From an uncultured delta proteobacterium (GTDB lineage: Bacteria; Desulfobacterota; Syntrophia; Syntrophales; UBA5619), in assembly GCA_963817385.1 (NCBI GenBank), contig CAWFOM010000001.1:288001-352000 (forward strand): a DNA stretch of 64,000 nucleotides. The letters are read 5' to 3'. The position numbers were made by a program, and so were the translations under genes. Positions 49,900 through 60,512 of this stretch are shown here, piece after piece. The notes beneath the pieces were generated by a model. It saw only the letters and a program-made list of their open reading frames with translations. It was not told where the DNA came from and made no database searches. Position 1 is the first letter of the stretch. Each line of letters begins with the position of its first letter.

Positions 49900-51417
49900 A
49901 TGGAAATCATTCAGAACGTTCTCCTCGGGTTCGGTGTTGCGCTGCAACCGATCAATTTGCTCTACTGTTTTATCGGCTGCCTGGCCGGCACCCTGATCGG
50001 TGTGCTGCCGGGCATCGGACCCGTGACCGGGGTTGCGATCCTCATCCCGATCACGTTCGGGATGGATCCCATTACCGCCACGATCATGCTGGCCGGCATC
50101 TACTACGGGGCCATGTACGGCGGTTCCACGACATCGATTCTGATCAACGTGCCGGGCGAATCCGCCTCGGTCATGACCGCGGTCGATGGTTACCAGATGG
50201 CTCGACAGGGCCGGGCAGGCGCGGCCCTCGGCATGTCAGCCTTCGGTTCATTCATCGGCGGCTCGGCCTCCGTCATCGGACTGATGTGTATCGCCCCTCC
50301 AATAGCCAAGCTTGCCCTCTCTTTCGGCCCTCCGGAGTATTTCGTCCTCATGTTGCTCGGACTTGCCACCCTAACCCGGCTGGCCGGTAAGAATCTTTTT
50401 AAGGGTTTGGGGATGGGATTTCTGGGAATGCTGATCGGCACCGTCGGTCTTGACCCGGTGGCCGGGGTCCAGCGGTTCACCTTTGGCCGGGCGGACTTGC
50501 TGGACGGCATTGGGTTTGTATCGGTTGCCATGGGTCTTTTTGCTCTTGGCGAAATATTTATCAATCTCGAGGGTTCGCCTGCGGAACGGGTCTTTTCCTC
50601 GCAGATCGGGTCTGTCTTGCCGACCAAGTCGGATTGGCTGGCCTGCAAATGGACGTTTGTCCGCTCGACGATTATTGGTTTCCTCATTGGGTCTTTGCCG
50701 GGCGCAGGGGCGACGGTTTCGGCCTTCATGGCGTACGCCGCCGAGAAGAGGGCCTCCAAAACGCCGGAGAGATTCGGGCAGGGGGCGATTGAGGGGGTCT
50801 GTGCCGCTGAGACAGCCAACAACGCCGCCACCGGCGGCGCATTGGTTCCTCTGCTGACGCTGGGCATCCCATCATCCGCAACGGTGGCAATCTTAATGGG
50901 CGCGCTGATGATGTACGGGTTGCGGCCCGGCCCGCTTCTTTTGGCGGAGAGGCCGGATTTCTTCTGGGGTGTGGTAACCAGTATGTATATCGGCAACGTC
51001 ATGCTCCTGGTCCTGAATCTTCCCCTGATCGGTATGTGGATCAAAATACTCAAGGTCCCCTATCCGGTGCTCATGCCGATCATCCTCTTGTTCATATCCC
51101 TGGGCGCTTATACGGTGGGCGGGAGTTATGTAGACCTTTGGATCATGTTCGCGTTCGGCATCGTGGGCTACCTCATGCGCAAGTTTGACTATCCGGCTGC
51201 GCCCATGCTGCTGGCTCTTGTGCTGGGGCCCATTATGGAGAAGAACCTGAAGCTTTCCCTGAAGATGTCGCACGGGAGCGTTGCCATCTTCTTTGAACGA
51301 CCGATCACGCTCGTTCTCATGGCGTTGATTGTCTTTTCACTGGTGTGGCCGTTCCTGGTATCGCGGTTCTCCAGGGGGAAACAGGCTTTCGAAGTGCCGA
51401 TAGGGGATGAAATGTAG
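49900..51417 (+). CDS. tctA: TctA permease 1
   Basis: GVLPGIG, YYGAMYGGS and AETANNA motifs. Confidence 0.95.
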   Translation: MEIIQNVLLGFGVALQPINLLYCFIGCLAGTLIGVLPGIGPVTGVAILIPITFGMDPITATIMLAGIYYGAMYGGSTTSILINVPGESASVMTAVDGYQMARQGRAGAALGMSAFGSFIGGSASVIGLMCIAPPIAKLALSFGPPEYFVLMLLGLATLTRLAGKNLFKGLGMGFLGMLIGTVGLDPVAGVQRFTFGRADLLDGIGFVSVAMGLFALGEIFINLEGSPAERVFSSQIGSVLPTKSDWLACKWTFVRSTIIGFLIGSLPGAGATVSAFMAYAAEKRASKTPERFGQGAIEGVCAAETANNAATGGALVPLLTLGIPSSATVAILMGALMMYGLRPGPLLLAERPDFFWGVVTSMYIGNVMLLVLNLPLIGMWIKILKVPYPVLMPIILLFISLGAYTVGGSYVDLWIMFAFGIVGYLMRKFDYPAAPMLLALVLGPIMEKNLKLSLKMSHGSVAIFFERPITLVLMALIVFSLVWPFLVSRFSRGKQAFEVPIGDEM

Positions 51418-51547
51418 CGTCCTTATTAAGGCCTTTGAAGTCTCCTGAACACCCGACGTGTGCCCCATTATGGGGTCTGTACCGCACATCTGATCCATGT
51501 GTCTACCAAGCGGCGAAGCAGTTCTCGCTTTCGAAGGTGAATGAAAA

Positions 51548-52213
51548 ATGGTTGACAACGCAATGTATGAAATTCACCGCCAAAGCCTGTCGGACCAGGT
51601 CTACTATTATATCAAGCGCATGATTCTGTCCGGGGGGATTCGGGGCGGGGAAAAGATTCCTGAAGAAAAGGTCGCCCAGCAGTTCGGCGTCAGCCGGACA
51701 CCCATCCGGGAAGCCTTGAACCGCCTGGAAGAATACGGTCTCATCAGCATAAAGCCCCGTTCCTATGCGGTCGTAGTCGCGCTCGAACCCCATGAAGCCG
51801 CCCAACTGGCGATTATCAGATCACAACTGGAAACGCTTGCGGTGAGTCTCTTGACCGATTGCGGCACCGAGGAAGATTTCCGGGGGCTGGAGCTCCTGGT
51901 GCAGGAATGCAATTCCCTGATCGCCGAAGGCGATATCGCCACCACGTTTGAAAAAGACAGCCTGCTGCATCTCGAAATCGCACGGCGCACCGGCAACCGC
52001 CATCTCTACGAGATTTGTGAAAAGCTGGATGCAAAAGTCCAGCTCCTGAGGCTTGTTCTAAGGATACCGCTGGAAAAGCTGAAAATCTATGTCAAACACC
52101 ATGATGGAATCGTAGATGCAATGAAAAGGCGCGATAAAGATGCGGCTGTTGCCCTCATGAAGCATCACATCATGAACCAACTCAATGACCAGGAGAAGGT
52201 CGATAACCGGTGA
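51548..52213 (+). CDS. GntR family regulator (FCD domain)
   Basis: FGVSRTPIREAL motif; C-terminal H...MKHH. Confidence 0.93.
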   Translation: MVDNAMYEIHRQSLSDQVYYYIKRMILSGGIRGGEKIPEEKVAQQFGVSRTPIREALNRLEEYGLISIKPRSYAVVVALEPHEAAQLAIIRSQLETLAVSLLTDCGTEEDFRGLELLVQECNSLIAEGDIATTFEKDSLLHLEIARRTGNRHLYEICEKLDAKVQLLRLVLRIPLEKLKIYVKHHDGIVDAMKRRDKDAAVALMKHHIMNQLNDQEKVDNR

Positions 52214-52289
52214 CGCCGGCCGTCTGGACGGGAAGGACGGCCGTGCAGGCGTCAATCGACCGCAACCGTTTTTCGAAAAGGAGACGACC

Positions 52290-53306
52290 GTGAGCAGCAA
52301 TAAACCGACGCTGGGCGTCCTATTGGGAGACTCTTCCGGGATCGGCCCCGAGATCGTCGCCAAACTCATCAGCCGCGCAGAGATTTACGAGATGGCCAAT
52401 GTCGTCATCGTGGGCGACTATCGGGTTTTCCGGATGGGGCAGAAGATTGCCGGCCTTTCCCAGCCCGTCACGGTAACGGATAATCTCGATACGGTCCGGT
52501 TCGAGGCCGGCCGGCCCGTCTTTTTGGACTATCCCACCATTTCCGACGCGGAAGTAACGGTGGGCAAGGTGAATCCCCAATCGGGGAAGGCGGTCTTTAA
52601 GACGCTCTCCTTCATCATGGAGTTGGCGCTCGACAAAAAGATCGACGGATTTATCTTCGCGCCTTTCAACAAGGAGGCGATGATCCTGGGGGGGATGCCC
52701 TATCACAGCGAGCTCGACTTCTTCAAGGACAAGTTCAACCGGCCGGACATCCCCGGCGAGGTGAATGTGCTGGACGACCTCTGGACCACCCGGGTGACCT
52801 CCCACATCGGGCTCGGCCAGGTCAGCGCCATGATCACCCGGGAAAATGTCCTGAAAACGATCCGGTTCATGGACCGCGTACTCAGGACGTTCGGGATAAA
52901 AAAACCGCGGCTGGCGGTCTCCGCCCTGAACCCCCATGCCGGCGAGGGCGGCATGTTCGGCCCGGAGGAAAAAGAGGCCATCGGGCCGGCCATCGAGGCA
53001 GCCCGGAAGGACGGGATCGACGCCGAAGGCCCCTTCCCGGCGGACACCATCTTTCTCCGGATCAAAAAGGGAAACTATCACGCGATTGTCTCCATGTACC
53101 ACGACCAGGGCCAAATCGCCACCAAGCTTCTGGGCTTCGACCGCGGCATCACGGTCCATGGGGGATTGCCGATCGCGATCGCCACACCCGCTCACGGTTC
53201 GGCATTCGATATCGCGGGCCAGGGGAAGGCCAATCCTGAGGGGCTCACCCGTGCGTTTCTGGTTGCCGGCCGCCTGGCGGCTCGCCTTAAATCTGAGGTA
53301 TCATGA
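52290..53306 (+). CDS. PdxA-family (PdxA2-like) oxidative decarboxylating dehydrogenase
   Basis: GDSSGIGPE, NPHAGEGG, PADTIF and MYHDQG motifs; GTG start. Confidence 0.9.
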   Translation: MSSNKPTLGVLLGDSSGIGPEIVAKLISRAEIYEMANVVIVGDYRVFRMGQKIAGLSQPVTVTDNLDTVRFEAGRPVFLDYPTISDAEVTVGKVNPQSGKAVFKTLSFIMELALDKKIDGFIFAPFNKEAMILGGMPYHSELDFFKDKFNRPDIPGEVNVLDDLWTTRVTSHIGLGQVSAMITRENVLKTIRFMDRVLRTFGIKKPRLAVSALNPHAGEGGMFGPEEKEAIGPAIEAARKDGIDAEGPFPADTIFLRIKKGNYHAIVSMYHDQGQIATKLLGFDRGITVHGGLPIAIATPAHGSAFDIAGQGKANPEGLTRAFLVAGRLAARLKSEVS

Positions 53307-54862
53307 GACAAGGTCCCTATTTACTCGGCATTGATATCGGAGGAACCGGCTCCAAGGCCGGCGTCTTCACCATTGGCGGAAAACTGGTGGGAACCGGTTA
53401 CGGCGAGTATCACATGATAAGCACCGTCCCCGGCCAGGCCGAACATGATGCCGAGGCGTGGTGGCTCTCGACGGTCAAGGCGGTGCGGGAGGCCATCCGC
53501 GGCGTGCCCCCCGACGAGATCCTCGCGATCGGCATCGGGTGCACGAACGGTCTCGTTGCGGTCGACCGCCAGGGCAAACCCCTGCGGCCGGCGATCATGC
53601 TCTGGGATCAGCGCGCCCTTCCGGAAGTCGACCGGATCAGGGATGTCCTTGATGCGGATACCGTTTTTGCCGTCACCGGAAATCCCGTGGCGCCCGGCGC
53701 CTATTCATTGCCGACGATCCTCTGGTTGAAACACCATGAGCCGGAAACCTTTCAGGCGGCCCACAAACTCATGGTTCCCGGCGGGTATCTGGTGGCCCGC
53801 TTCACCGGGGAGTTCACCATCGACCATTCGCGGGCCTCGACGACGCTCCTGTTCGACATCCGCAAAAAGGCGTGGCACCAGCCGTTCCTGGACGCGCTCG
53901 ACATTCCTGAGGAAAAACTCCCCCGGCCGGAGCCTTCCGACCGGGTGGTCGGAACGGTAACGGAGGAAACGGCGCGCCTGACCGGTCTCAGGCCGGGAAT
54001 TCCGGTCATCGCCGGCTGTATGGACACCATCGGCGCCTCCATCGGCTCCGGAGTCATGCGGGAGGGCGAGTGTTTCGTCATCATGGGCACCGCGGCCAGG
54101 GTCTCCGGTCCCCTGGAAAAAGCGAAATTTGACAACCGTTTCATGAACTGCACCCATGTGCTGCCCGGGCTCTGGCTCTACATCGGGGCCGTCAACGGGG
54201 TGGGCTCCTCGCTTCGATGGATCCGCGACACGTTTTGCCAGATGGAGCAGGGGGTCGCCGACTTTACCGGCCGGGACGTCTATGATCTGATTACCGCCCA
54301 GGCAGCCCAGGCCCCTCCCGGAAGCAAGGGTTTGCTCTTTTTGCCGTACATCGCCGGCGAGCGGACCCCCATCTGGAACCCCTATGCCCGGGGGGTGTTT
54401 TTCGGCGTCACCCTCGGCCACAACCGCCATGATTTTTTCCGGTCGGTGCTGGAAGGGGCGGCCTTTGCCATCCGGCATGTCATAGAACTCCTGGAAACCG
54501 ACGACGGCGTCGGCATCCGGGAATTGCGGATCGGCGGCGCCGCCGCTTCGAGCCGGGTCTGGAACCAGATCATCGCCGATATCCTCGGGAAAAAAGTGGT
54601 CAGCCTGACCCAAAGCCACACGGAGGTCCTGGGCGCGGCGGTACTGGCCGGAGTCAGCCAGGGCGTCTATCCGGATCTCGCCTCGGCAATGGAAAAAATC
54701 GTGGTCCCGGGAAAGGAATTTACGCCGAACGCCGAGGCGCACACCGCCTACGACCAGTTGTATCCCCTGTATAAAAAACTCTACCCGGAGGTGCAGCATC
54801 ATTTCGAGGAGCTGGCGAAGATGGACCTCCCCCAGGTCTGGATAACGAAGGAAAATCAGTAA
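53303..54862 (+). CDS. FGGY-family carbohydrate kinase (xylulokinase-like)
   Basis: GIDIGGTGSK, WDQRA and PYIAGERTP motifs. Confidence 0.9.
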   Translation: MRQGPYLLGIDIGGTGSKAGVFTIGGKLVGTGYGEYHMISTVPGQAEHDAEAWWLSTVKAVREAIRGVPPDEILAIGIGCTNGLVAVDRQGKPLRPAIMLWDQRALPEVDRIRDVLDADTVFAVTGNPVAPGAYSLPTILWLKHHEPETFQAAHKLMVPGGYLVARFTGEFTIDHSRASTTLLFDIRKKAWHQPFLDALDIPEEKLPRPEPSDRVVGTVTEETARLTGLRPGIPVIAGCMDTIGASIGSGVMREGECFVIMGTAARVSGPLEKAKFDNRFMNCTHVLPGLWLYIGAVNGVGSSLRWIRDTFCQMEQGVADFTGRDVYDLITAQAAQAPPGSKGLLFLPYIAGERTPIWNPYARGVFFGVTLGHNRHDFFRSVLEGAAFAIRHVIELLETDDGVGIRELRIGGAAASSRVWNQIIADILGKKVVSLTQSHTEVLGAAVLAGVSQGVYPDLASAMEKIVVPGKEFTPNAEAHTAYDQLYPLYKKLYPEVQHHFEELAKMDLPQVWITKENQ

Positions 54863-54897
54863 GGCCGTCAATTACGAATACGAAGGAGAGCGTTTAT

Positions 54898-55362
54898 ATG
54901 TCCGAATACACTATCAAGCGAACGTTTCACACGGGGTTCTGCGTCGGCGATCTCGACTGGACCATCGGCTTCTTCCAGAACGTGCTGGGGTTCACGTTGA
55001 TCGACAAGGCGCCGCGCGATCCCAGGAATCAGTCGTTCATCACCGGCGTTCCGGGGGCGCAGGTGATGATCGCCTACATGGACTGCGCGGGCCATTCGCT
55101 GGAACTGCAGGAATACAGCGGCCCCGCGGACCGTCAGGGATACCGGCCGCGCATGGTGGACATGGGCCATTTTCACGTCTCCTACGTGGTCGATGATGTG
55201 GAGGCGGTGGTGGCCGCGTGCAGGAAATACGATGACCGCATCCGAACCCTGTCGCCCACTCCCCTGGAGGTGGACCAGGGACCCAACAAGGGCAATAAGA
55301 TTCAATTCATCGTCCTTCCCGACGGCGTGCATATCGAGTTTACGACGAGGGTCCGCGACTAG
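54898..55362 (+). CDS. VOC/glyoxalase family metalloprotein
   Basis: HTGFCV, LELQEY, HVSYVVDD and PDG..IEF motifs. Confidence 0.87.
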   Translation: MSEYTIKRTFHTGFCVGDLDWTIGFFQNVLGFTLIDKAPRDPRNQSFITGVPGAQVMIAYMDCAGHSLELQEYSGPADRQGYRPRMVDMGHFHVSYVVDDVEAVVAACRKYDDRIRTLSPTPLEVDQGPNKGNKIQFIVLPDGVHIEFTTRVRD

Positions 55363-55460
55363 CGGAAAAGCCGTTTCTGAAACCTGCCCCCTTGCCTGCC
55401 GGTACCTTCTGCCGGATGGATGGCCGGGGGATAACCTGTTCCAACACGGAGGCTCAAATC

Positions 55461-56847
55461 ATGTACCTGGAAACACTTCAGCGCGCGGCCGGTGAAAAGA
55501 CCGTCCGTGCGCTCATCATCGGCGCCGGGGAATACGGGTTTTCGTTCGTCGCCCAGTCCCGGCGGACGCCGGGCCTGACGGTGACCGCGATCAGCGACCG
55601 CCGGATAGAGCAGGGCGTTGCGGCGTTCAGGAACGCCGGCCTTCCGGAGGAGGCGATCGCGGTTTGCGAGACCAAGGCCCAGGCAGAGGCGGCGCTCGCG
55701 GCGGGCAAGAGTCGTCGTCTCGAACGACGCGCTCATGCTCATGCAGCTGCCGATCGACGTCGTCGTGGAGGCGACGGGCTCCCCCGAGGGCGCGACCTTT
55801 CATGCCGATGCGGCCCTCAAGAACGGCAAGCACGTGGTCATGGTGTCCAAGGAGGCGGACATCGTTCTCGGGCCGCTGTTCCACCGGCGGGCCAAGGCGG
55901 CGGGGCTGGTCTATTCGCCGGTGGACGGCGATCAGCCGTGCCTGCTCATGCAGATGGTCGTCTGGGCGCGGGTGCTCGGGCTCGAGATCCTGTGCGCGGG
56001 CAAGACGAGCGAGTATGATTTCGTGTACGACCAGGCCGCCGGGCAGGTCACGAGCCTGGACCGCGTCACGGACGCCACCGGGTTCGATCCGCTCTGGGTC
56101 CGCGGAAACCGCGATATCCGAAGCCTGATCGACGCGCGGGCGGCGGCATTGACCGAGATCCCCCAGCATACGGTTCCCGATCTCGTGGAAATGGGAATCG
56201 TGGCCAACGCGACCGGTCTTGTGCCGGACACCCCCGCGTTCCATGCGCCTATCGCCCGCACGCAGGAAATTGCCGACATCCTCGTGCCGGCCGGGATGGG
56301 CGGGATCCTCGGCGGGACCAACAGGGTGGACGTCGTCAACCAGCTCCGGCGCCCCGACGAGGCCAGCTTTGCCGGCGGCGTCTTCGTCGTGGTCCGCTGC
56401 GAGGACCGCAAATCATGGGAGGTCCTGCGGGCCAAAGGCCATGAGGTCAACCGCGCCGGCGATGCGGCGATGATCTACCGGCCCTCGCATCTGCTGGGCG
56501 TGGAATCGGCGACGACGGTCCTTGCCGCCGCGCTTCACGGGATGTCGTCCGGCACGGAAGACGTCCGGCCCCGCTTCGACGTGGTCGGACGGACGAACCG
56601 ACCTCTCCCGGCGGGCACCGTTTTGACGGTGGCCGGCCATCATCATCAGATCGCGGGGGTGGACGGACTGCTCGTCGAGGCGAAGAGGGCCGAGGGGGGC
56701 AACCCCGTGCCGTTCTACATGATGGGGGATAACCGGCTCACGCGCGACGTCCCGGCAGGAACCGTCATCACGACAGACATGGTGCAGCGGCCGGCGGATT
56801 CCCTGCTGTGGAAGCTCCGGCAGGAGATGGAAAAGGAATTTTTTTAA
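55461..56847 (+). CDS. Homoserine-dehydrogenase-like oxidoreductase with C-terminal SAF domain; frameshift near 55708
   Basis: IGAGEYG, VEATG, KEAD, DGDQP and YRPSHLLG motifs; SAF-like C-terminus. Confidence 0.8.
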
Positions 56848-56871
56848 CCGGAAAAATAAAGGAGGTTCAAG

Positions 56872-57858
56872 ATGAGAACAGCTTTGTTCAGTCACCGGGT
56901 GGTCAGAATGGCGGTATCGGCGCTCTTCACCGTTCTGTTTTTTGCCGTACAGGTGCAGGCCGCCGAATTCACGCCGAGCAAACCCATTACGATGGTCGCG
57001 CCCGCCGCCCCGGGCGGAGGCAGCGATGTCCTCTCCAGAACCATCGCCCAGATCGTCGGCAATGAGAAGCTTTCTCCGCAGCCGATGATCGTCCAGAACA
57101 TCCCCGGCGGCGGTCAGGCCATCGCCCTCACGCAGGTGGCCCAGCAGAAGGGGAACACCCATATGCTCGTGGTCGCCAACCCCGCTTCGGTGGCCGGCCT
57201 GCTGGTGGCAGGGAAGGGCGCACCCAGCATCAAGGACCTGACGATGATCGCTCAGCTTGCCCTCGATGAACAGCTCATCGTCGTGAAGAGCGACTCACGC
57301 TTCAAGACCATTCAGGACGTCATCGCCGAATCGAAGAAGAAGGAAAACTCCATCTCGATCTCCGGTTCGGACCAGGCAGACCGTGTCTGCAGCCGCATGT
57401 TCGAGAAGTTAGCCGGAATCAAGATGCGCTACACCCCCTTCAACAGCGGTGGGGAGCAGATGACGGCCCTGCTGGGGGGGCATGTGGACCTGCAGTGGGC
57501 CAATCCCCCCGAATTCATCGGCCAGTATGAGGCCAAGGGGGTCCGGCCGCTCGTCCTTGCCCAGGAAAACCGCATCAGCCAGTTCAAGGACGTTCCCACC
57601 TTCAAGGAGATCGGCGTCAACCTCGTCTTCAAGTTCTTCCGCGGCGTCATTGCGCCCCCGGGGATTTCCCCCGAAGTGGTTGCCTATTACGAGAACATGA
57701 TGAAAAAAATGATCGAGACGAAGGCATGGAAGGAGAACTATCTGGCCAAGAACATGCTGAGCCCCGCCTGGCAGACCAGCAAGGAGTTCACCAAGACCAT
57801 CAGCGACAGCGAGGTTGTCTTTGCCGAAACGCTAAAGGAGCTCGGGCTGATCAAATAG
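56872..57858 (+). CDS. tctC: Tripartite tricarboxylate transporter substrate-binding protein 2
   Basis: PAAPGGGSD, NIPGGG and LLGGHVD motifs. Confidence 0.92.
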   Translation: MRTALFSHRVVRMAVSALFTVLFFAVQVQAAEFTPSKPITMVAPAAPGGGSDVLSRTIAQIVGNEKLSPQPMIVQNIPGGGQAIALTQVAQQKGNTHMLVVANPASVAGLLVAGKGAPSIKDLTMIAQLALDEQLIVVKSDSRFKTIQDVIAESKKKENSISISGSDQADRVCSRMFEKLAGIKMRYTPFNSGGEQMTALLGGHVDLQWANPPEFIGQYEAKGVRPLVLAQENRISQFKDVPTFKEIGVNLVFKFFRGVIAPPGISPEVVAYYENMMKKMIETKAWKENYLAKNMLSPAWQTSKEFTKTISDSEVVFAETLKELGLIK

Positions 57859-57890
57859 CGCCGGCATGATGGCAAAACGCGGCCCAATCG

Positions 57891-57943
57891 TGTCCGGGGA
57901 CAGCGCAGGGGCGTAGTTTTTACCCCGGTGCTTTCCCCGGACA
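57891..57943 (+). other. Long hairpin between the second tctC and tctB
   Basis: TGTCCGGGGA (57891-57900) and TCCCCGGACA (57934-57943) form a perfect inverted repeat. Confidence 0.5.
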
Positions 57944-58047
57944 TCCCCTGATGCCGGACCGTTGCATCGGCCAAACGCTTGTCCGTCCCCTCTCTTTGCG
58001 GTCCCCTGTCGGCGATCAGGGAATGAGGGTGTTCTGGAGGAATCAAG

Positions 58048-58497
58048 ATGTGGTACGCGAACATCATCGCGAGTGTGGCTGTGTTCTTACTGGGAATCAC
58101 TACAACCATCCTGGCCTGGCGGGATCTGCCCTACACAGCCGACTTCAGCCCGGGGCCGGGTTTCCTGCCCCTCTGGCTGGGTATCGGCCTGACGATCTTC
58201 TCTCTCCCCGTCATTATTGCCGACCTTAGAAACAGGGACAGATCGGGGAAATTGTTCCGACCGGAAACGGTGAAGTGCGTCAAGGTGCTCGCCCTGATCG
58301 TGGCCGTGTTTCTCCTTCTGCCGGTCTTCGGCTTTTCGGCCGGCCTTGCTCTCATCACGGCGGGCGGCATGCGTCTCATGGGAAAACACCGTTGGGGCTC
58401 CTGCATGGTGATTGTGATCGTGACGGCCGTCTGTATCCATTACCTCTTCGGCCAGTGGCTCAATATCCCCCTGCCGGAAGGGTTGATCGGGTGGTAG
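58048..58497 (+). CDS. tctB: TctB small membrane subunit 2
   Basis: PGPGFLP and LF..WLNIPLP.G motifs. Confidence 0.9.
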   Translation: MWYANIIASVAVFLLGITTTILAWRDLPYTADFSPGPGFLPLWLGIGLTIFSLPVIIADLRNRDRSGKLFRPETVKCVKVLALIVAVFLLLPVFGFSAGLALITAGGMRLMGKHRWGSCMVIVIVTAVCIHYLFGQWLNIPLPEGLIGW

Positions 58498-58521
58498 AAG
58501 AGGGCGAAGGGAGAACGGCCA

Positions 58522-60048
58522 ATGGATTTGCTCCATAATATTTATACCGGGTTCACCATCGCGCTCACCGGGCAGAATCTCCTCTGCTGTACCGTGGGGG
58601 TGCTCTTTGGTCAGCTGATCGGCGTTCTGCCGGGGATCGGCGCGCCGACGGCGATCGCGCTGCTCCTTCCCCTGACCTTCTCCTTCAACCCGACCTCGGC
58701 CATCATCATGTTCGCCGGGATCTACTACGGCGTGGCCTACGGCGGGACGATCACCTCGATCCTCATCAATGTCCCGGGGGAGTCCTCCTCGGTGATGACC
58801 TGCATTGACGGGTATCAGATGGCCCAGAAGGGACGAGCGGGGGCAGCGCTCTCGATCGCGGCCATCGGTTCGTTTATCGCCGGGACCATCTCCATCGTCC
58901 TTCTCATGTCCTTTGCCCCGGCGCTGGCCAGACTTGCGCTCCGTTTCGGTCCGGCGGAATACTTTGGACTGGCGATCATGGCCTTCGGCCTGCTGACGGT
59001 CTTCGGCAGCGGTTCGCCTTTCAAAATCATCCTCTCCACCATCGCCGGTGTTTTAATTTCGACGGTCGGCATGGACGGCGTGAGCGGCATGCCCCGTTTC
59101 ACCTTCGGTATCCCTCCGCTCCTTGGCGGCATCGAATTCGTCGTTGTCATTTGCGGGATATTCGGTCTGGCCGAAATCTTCAACAGCATCGAGGAGCCGG
59201 AGGGCGGGGTCCTGGTCAAGGATACGTTCAAACTCAGTGACGTCTTTCTGACGTGGCAGGAGTGGGTCGACGGCCGCTGGGCGATCGTCCGCGGCGGCGT
59301 CATCGGCTTTCTGATCGGCCTCATCCCGGCCGGCGGCATTACAACCGCATCGTTTCTCGCCTACATGGCCGAAAAGAAGGCGTCGAAACATCCCGAGACC
59401 TTCGGCAAAGGCGACATCGCCGGCGTCGCCGCGCCGGAATCGGCCAACAACGCCGCCTCGATCAGCGGGTTCGCCCCGCTTCTCGCTCTCGGCGTGCCGG
59501 GCTCCGCAACGACGGCCGTCATGCTCGCCGGTTTCATGATGTGGGGCATCCGCCCGGGTCCGCTTCTCTTTACCAGCAACCCCGACCTGGTCTGGGGTCT
59601 CATCGCGAGCATGTATATCGGCAACGTGATTCTGCTCATGATGAACATCTTCCTCATCCCCCTTTTCGTGGCGATGCTCCGGATCCCCTATTCGATCATG
59701 ATGGGGTTCATCATCATCTTCGCCTCAATCGGGGCCTACAGTGTGAACAACAGTATGTTTGACGTCTGGATGATGGTGGGCTTCGGCCTCCTCGGCTATG
59801 CGATGAAGAAACTGAATTATCCGATTGTGCCGCTCATCCTGGCAATGGTCTTGGGGAGGCTGGTCGAGAACTCCCTCCGCCAGGCGCTGATACTGTCCGC
59901 CGGAAGTTTTGATATCTTCTACACCCGGCCGATCACGGCCCTCTTTCTCCTGATCGCGCTTCTCGCCTACTGTACCCCGCTGATCCGGATGGCCTTGAAG
60001 AAGGCCGGCTACGGCAACAAGATAGATATCAACCAGGAATCTCTCTAG
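58522..60048 (+). CDS. tctA: TctA permease 2
   Basis: GVLPGIG and APESANNA motifs. Confidence 0.95.
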   Translation: MDLLHNIYTGFTIALTGQNLLCCTVGVLFGQLIGVLPGIGAPTAIALLLPLTFSFNPTSAIIMFAGIYYGVAYGGTITSILINVPGESSSVMTCIDGYQMAQKGRAGAALSIAAIGSFIAGTISIVLLMSFAPALARLALRFGPAEYFGLAIMAFGLLTVFGSGSPFKIILSTIAGVLISTVGMDGVSGMPRFTFGIPPLLGGIEFVVVICGIFGLAEIFNSIEEPEGGVLVKDTFKLSDVFLTWQEWVDGRWAIVRGGVIGFLIGLIPAGGITTASFLAYMAEKKASKHPETFGKGDIAGVAAPESANNAASISGFAPLLALGVPGSATTAVMLAGFMMWGIRPGPLLFTSNPDLVWGLIASMYIGNVILLMMNIFLIPLFVAMLRIPYSIMMGFIIIFASIGAYSVNNSMFDVWMMVGFGLLGYAMKKLNYPIVPLILAMVLGRLVENSLRQALILSAGSFDIFYTRPITALFLLIALLAYCTPLIRMALKKAGYGNKIDINQESL

Positions 60049-60151
60049 TTCCACTGAAATTGCTGAGGTGGCCTCTCCTTCGACGTGTGCCCCTTAAATA
60101 GCCAAGGGCAAATATGCACATGAATACCGCAATTCGCTGGCCAATATTCCC

Positions 60152-60181
60152 TTGACATACAAATCCACTGCTGCTTATACT
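60152..60181 (+). promoter_or_regulatory. Candidate sigma70 promoter
   Basis: TTGACA-18 nt-TATACT. Confidence 0.5.
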
Positions 60182-60512
60182 CCGCCCGTTAAAAAACAAT
60201 ACCTTATCAACTATAGCCTGGATATCGAACGACGGTAAATATTCTATGGTGACATGTTCAGATCTCTCGTCGCTGCCGTCATCGAGACCACGCTTTCCGA
60301 GCTGCTCGATTTCAAGAACTTTGTCCACATAGCTTCCGGCTGGGCTTTCCGGTTGCCGTTGATGACAAGGTTTGGGACAGGATCTATTGTTATGATCCTC
60401 GAGAGGCTGCGTCGAAAAACAGTACGAAATATCATCTGAAGGGTCCGGCACGTGACGGATACGCGTTGCTGCTTTCGCAGTAACTGCCGTCAAGAGGATT
60501 GCGCTTGAACCA

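Noticed and set aside
60254..60439. Small ORFs upstream of the glycosyltransferase, considered as a flagellin relic
   Set aside because: No convincing flagellin motifs in any frame.
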